A stretch of DNA of 12,229 nucleotides from positions 3,134-15,362 of the forward strand of contig JBJCIZ010001051.1 of the NCBI GenBank assembly GCA_051294375.1. Direction: 5' to 3'. Under the pieces are notes generated by a model. It was not told the origin of the DNA. It did not search any database and saw nothing but the letters and a program-made list of their open reading frames with translations. Origin of the DNA: Paraspadella gotoi. Its lineage: Eukaryota; Animalia; Chaetognatha. Below are positions 8,321 through 12,229 of this stretch, piece after piece. Both the position numbers and the translations under genes were made by a program. The first letter of the stretch is position 1; each line of letters begins with the position of its first letter.

Positions 8321-8929
8321 TTTCGTCCTAAAAACAAGTTCAGCTCTTGAAGTGGCTGTCCAGTAGCGCGGAATTATAAATACATAAACTTTAAATTAAA
8401 ACCATCTTGAGTCCTCCTAATATTTTGGTTTTACCATATTTTAATCTAATTCCAACGGATTTCCGGACCCATTTTTAATCGCTAACCGATTCCGTTCACG
8501 TCAAAACGAAACGAGGGGTTAGAATCACAACATTGAAACACCCGAGTCCCTCCGAAGCTCTCTCCCCTGTGTTTTGTATCGTCTGCTTCAAAATCTCCAA
8601 CTCGGGCGCGGCCCTTTCTTTGATGTTCGAATCAGAGAAATCCTGGCATTTCGATTAGCGGATTTAAGATACTCCTCCGAGTGAGGAAGCGATCCTCTTT
8701 AAAGCCCTCCGAATTTTTCCTCCCAACGAATATTTAGAGAATCTCTATCTAAATCTTCTTTCTAATTCTCTAGCAAATACTTATATTAATCGTAAAAACA
8801 CTTATTTTTCTCATATTTTTTTTGATAATTATAGTTCATATGCCGAAAGTTAAAAAAACTCCAAGATATTATGATTTTACACATAATTACACCACAATGT
8901 CTAACAATAAATTTTCCTATTAACTTTTT

Positions 8930-8965
8930 ATATTAATATTAATATTAATATTAATAATTAATATT
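8930..8965. repeat. (TATTAA)n microsatellite
   Basis: TATTAATATTAATATTAATATTAATAATTAATATT seen directly. Confidence 0.85.
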
Positions 8966-9073
8966 TAAGTTAAATTTTTATTAAAAGTTTTAACAGTTTT
9001 GCGGTTTTTTTCTCACTCAAAAGTGGTTTCAGATCTTTCACGTTGATCTTTTGGATGCAGTAAGAAAGTGTAC

Positions 9074-9831
9074 AGGGAAGGGAAAATTGTTGTCAAGGCA
9101 AAACTGAAAAAAAGTCTCTTTGATGCAGCTTATGTGGTCTTTAGTGGAAAACTGTATACCAGAAACTAAAAGATGCCGCCCAAAAATGTTTTTAATCAAA
9201 TTAAATTGCTCAAGGACCTTCCTAACAAAACAGTACAAATAATAAAGCCCAATATAAAATCTTGGTATGCACACCCAGAACTTTGGTTATTAGTTTATGA
9301 TGGCAGATGATGATACAAAAATTAGAAACTTGCTCTCCAAAAAATCTGAGACAAATTCCCGGACATTGCGCAAACTATGCTAAGGATTTTTAAGACTTCT
9401 TAATTTCAATGCAACAAGTTATATCGAGATAATTGATATGGCAATGTCGTGGTTATACAGATCAATCTTAACTTTTTTCCATGTCTATAAAAAGCTTTAA
9501 AATATTGAAAAGTAATTCCAAGACATACTCAATTGATTGAACGTTTAATAAGAGATATAACTGAATGTTCGCTACCACATGTTTTCTGTTTTTAATAATA
9601 GAGTGGTTACATTCAACAAGAATTGCTTCTCGTAACAGGCCAGTTTCCCAAAGCCAGTACAAAAAAGCTTTCTAAAAATGAAAAATTTATAAATTTAATG
9701 ATATCTATATCGTTTGTTGTAACAAGACTATTGTCCTTCATTTTCAGTTTACCTTAAACAACACGAAAGAAAGTTTAATCACGATATACTATATCAAAAA
9801 TACTGATTACACAAACATTTTTTATTAATGA
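9074..9831 (+). mobile_element. DNA transposon fragment, copy B (indel-rich), covering the part hidden by the gap in copy A
   Basis: Collinear with 1-87 and 358-704. The extra part encodes, across frameshifts, WYAHPE (9263-9280), MMADDDTKIRNL (from 9297) and LNFNATSYIEIID (9399-9437). These match the AHPE..L..M..D....IR..A and LNF.A..Y...IDW motifs that I recall preceding HTQ..ER in this transposase family. Confidence 0.7.
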
Positions 9832-10072
9832 CTTTATTCATTTGTGCTGCCCGTCTAAATGAAAACAAACTTTTATAGCGCTTTACTATTATTTTATGGG
9901 TGTCCATGGCGCCTGTGTGGGCAGCCTGTGTTTACCTCGTGGTGTCCATAGCAAATGGTTGTCTAAAATAATTTTACTATCATTATTATCAGAATTTTTC
10001 AATTCCTATGATTAAAAAAGAAATTATGGTAGTTAATGAGATGGCTCTCTTAACCAATCGACGCTTGTTTGC

Positions 10073-10104
<32 letters not shown>

Positions 10105-10112
10105 AGAGAGAA
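10073..10112. repeat. (GA)n microsatellite
   Basis: Near-perfect GA run. Confidence 0.95.
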
Positions 10113-10665
10113 GGAAAGGTATTTTTTAAAATTTTTTATAACGTCTACCAACTAACATTACCTTGTTTTTTTATGACAATCATTTTCTTTTCAATACAAA
10201 CATAACATTTTTTCTCATTTTAAAAGGTTTTAAGCATAAATTATTTATTATTTTAGTGGAGGCCAATTTTCTCACATTTTGGTCAATTTTTCGGTTTTTT
10301 TGGATAGAATAAATACATAATTCATAGAATTCAAAAAATTATAATATCCAATTATTTTATGTTTAAATCGTAATCTATTCACATATTACTTTACATTTAG
10401 CAATAATAACTGAAAATATTAATTAAACCGACATTTTTATTTTCATATATTACTTTGATTTTTTTTTTGCATTTTTTGACTTTCAGTCATATTATAAAGT
10501 GGCCTAGGCACGCGGACAAACTCGGGCGATCGCAATTTTTAGTTTTTTAATATCCTCGTATACGCTTTATATCTAATCAAAAAATCAAGCAGGGGCTCCG
10601 AAAGACAGATTTCCATGTCTTCGTATTTAAATACTCCGCGCTACTGTCCCAGCGCTGAACGAGCT

Positions 10666-10772
10666 TTTCCCTCTCTCTCTTCTCTCTCGTTCTCTCTCTC
10701 TGTGTCTCCTCTTCTCTGTGCTCTCTCTCTGTCCTCTCTTCTTGTTTCTCTTCTTCTGTCTCTCCTGTCCTC
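10666..10772. repeat. Imperfect (CT)n tract; a shorter one lies at 10978-11012
   Basis: CT-dominated low-complexity sequence that accounts for the ORFs at 10577-11037. Confidence 0.9.
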
Positions 10773-11042
10773 GTACGATTCTCCTGCGTTGATCGTGCCC
10801 CGTTTTTCGAAAATTCCTGATTATTTTTCTTACTTTTATTATCGCCATTTTTTCCGCGCTTTTTTTTCTTTATACAAAATCCCAAATTTACATCCGAGTT
10901 TTGTTCGTGGATTTTATTTACGGCTTCTGAGATTTAGCTCAGAATATGTTTTAATGTTTGGAAACAAAGTTTCGTACACTCTCCTTCTCTCTCTCTTTCT
11001 CTCTCCTCTCACTCATCCACGCGTTGTTTGTTTTTAATTAAC

Positions 11043-11338
11043 GATGAATGACTCATCGCGTCAATGAAATGAATATCATCCGCATCAGTGAATGAATATT
11101 ATCGGCATCAATCATTGCAAATCAATTTTTGGTTATCATCGCCATCAATTATTTGGGTTATCATCGCATTAATAAAATTTATATTACATCAATCAAATTA
11201 CAATTACGATAAATCATCAATTACTATACATCAATCCATCAATTACTATTTAATATTCAATAGTCATCAATCACTATGAAATACAATGGAATGAATTTAT
11301 CATAACGTTCATAAATGATTAAATCATTCATATCAGTG
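11043..11338. repeat. Degenerate ATC/CATCAA-rich minisatellite (units about 22-25 bp)
   Basis: ATGAATGA(A)TATCATCGCATCA-like unit about 3 times, then ATTTTTGGTTATCATCGC(C)AT twice, then scattered CATCAAT. Confidence 0.7.
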
Positions 11339-11427
11339 TATATATATCATCGTACCATAGTCGAGCGCGAAATACTCGCTCGCCCCACTTTCTCTTCTAA
11401 TAATCTTCCTTCAAAAATAAAAACAAT

Positions 11428-11452
11428 NNNNNNNNNNNNNNNNNNNNNNNNN
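11428..11452. other. Assembly gap (25 N)
   Basis: Run of N seen directly. Confidence 0.99.
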
Positions 11453-11490
11453 TTCTATCTTTTTTTTGCCGGTTTATGGTTTAACTATCA

Positions 11491-11524
11491 AAGTTAAGTT
11501 ATCTAGTTAAGTTATCTAGTTATC
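11491..11524. repeat. 13-bp tandem repeat (AGTTAAGTTATCT) about 2.5 times
   Basis: AGTTAAGTTATCT-AGTTAAGTTATCT-AGTTATC. Confidence 0.8.
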
Positions 11525-12229
11525 AAGTTCCATTAGTGAGGCAGTGAAATGTGTATTTATTTTCTTTTTTATATCGATTCAAGTATTTTTTGTTTGAATT
11601 TCCACATCATTATGATTTACTGCAATATGCAAATTAGATTATAGTACTTTTTCATTAATTTTCTTTGATAGTAAGGTCTGTCGAGATCCTTATACTTTTA
11701 AGATTTTTTGTTTAACTTTTTGAGCTCTATCAGAATCAATCAATACCGCTACTCGTATGGTTGATAACTTATCTGAAAAGTTTTAACTAGAACTAAATAA
11801 TTTATGATCACATGACGGTATTTCGATACAATTACGTGACTAAACAAATATCATATATAAGCACAAGAAACATTTACTCATAAATTTTAAGTTTGCCAAG
11901 TATTAGCCAAAATGTCTAAGTAATTTATAACACATCAAATTTTTGGTCATGTTATTGTTTTTTTAAATGATCACATGACTGCACAAGTATAATATATATG
12001 TACATGGAATATTTTATGGTACCTTACCTACATAACAAATGTGAACATAAACGATACCATATTATCTGACTTATAAAAATTTAAAATATTAAAATTTAAA
12101 TTAAAATTTAAAATTTAACAGATAGACCAACCAAAAAGAAGCTTATAGATTTTCACCGAAAGTACTCGCGGCGCAACTAAAATCTAATACCCCGATAACG
12201 TGACCTTCTCTCCCCCACACCTAAACACG

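Larger units (their letters stand above)
7200..8368 (+). repeat. Complex direct-repeat array: two full ~314 bp units (about 7729-8045 and 8046-8368) plus partial related units at about 7200-7400 and 7650-7728
   Basis: CTTCTGAATAGGG occurs at 7811 and 8125. CCCCTCTCAA, CTCTATACCAA, ATTTATTTATAGAA, TTCAGCTCT and CTTCTCTCCTATC each recur at a similar spacing. Confidence 0.9.

Noticed and set aside
8440-8780. GC-elevated coding-like island with open stretches of about 50 codons on both strands
   Set aside because: No recognisable motif and the strand cannot be decided.
10577-11037. ORFs of 73-140 aa with ER/RE-rich or SL-rich content
   Set aside because: Explained by CT/GA microsatellite translation.

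Overview
AT-rich eukaryotic genomic DNA with two assembly gaps (88-357 and 11428-11452), many GA/CT microsatellites and short GT-AG intron-like segments. There are no prokaryotic features, and I cannot identify the organism. Paralogous segments differ mostly by single-base indels, so much of the window is probably low-accuracy long-read gap fill or decayed sequence, and all gene models below are frameshifted and tentative. Main content: (1) two direct-repeat copies (1-704 and 9074-9831) of the 3' part of a hAT-related DDE transposase; (2) a compact group of small candidate genes at 3853-6020 that the ORF track misses: a minus-strand winged-helix-like gene, a divergent plus-strand spliced basic SR/RG-rich gene, and a minus-strand gene with two HMG-box-like segments; (3) an inverted duplication (3314-3645 vs 4386-4710) of the shared upstream region plus exon 1; (4) a hierarchical minisatellite, a ~175 bp foldback palindrome and a Helentron/DINE-like end; (5) a ~314 bp tandem repeat carrying a ~190 bp inverted-repeat-bounded insert, with an apparent empty site nearby. 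All protein family calls come from motif recognition by eye, not database searches.
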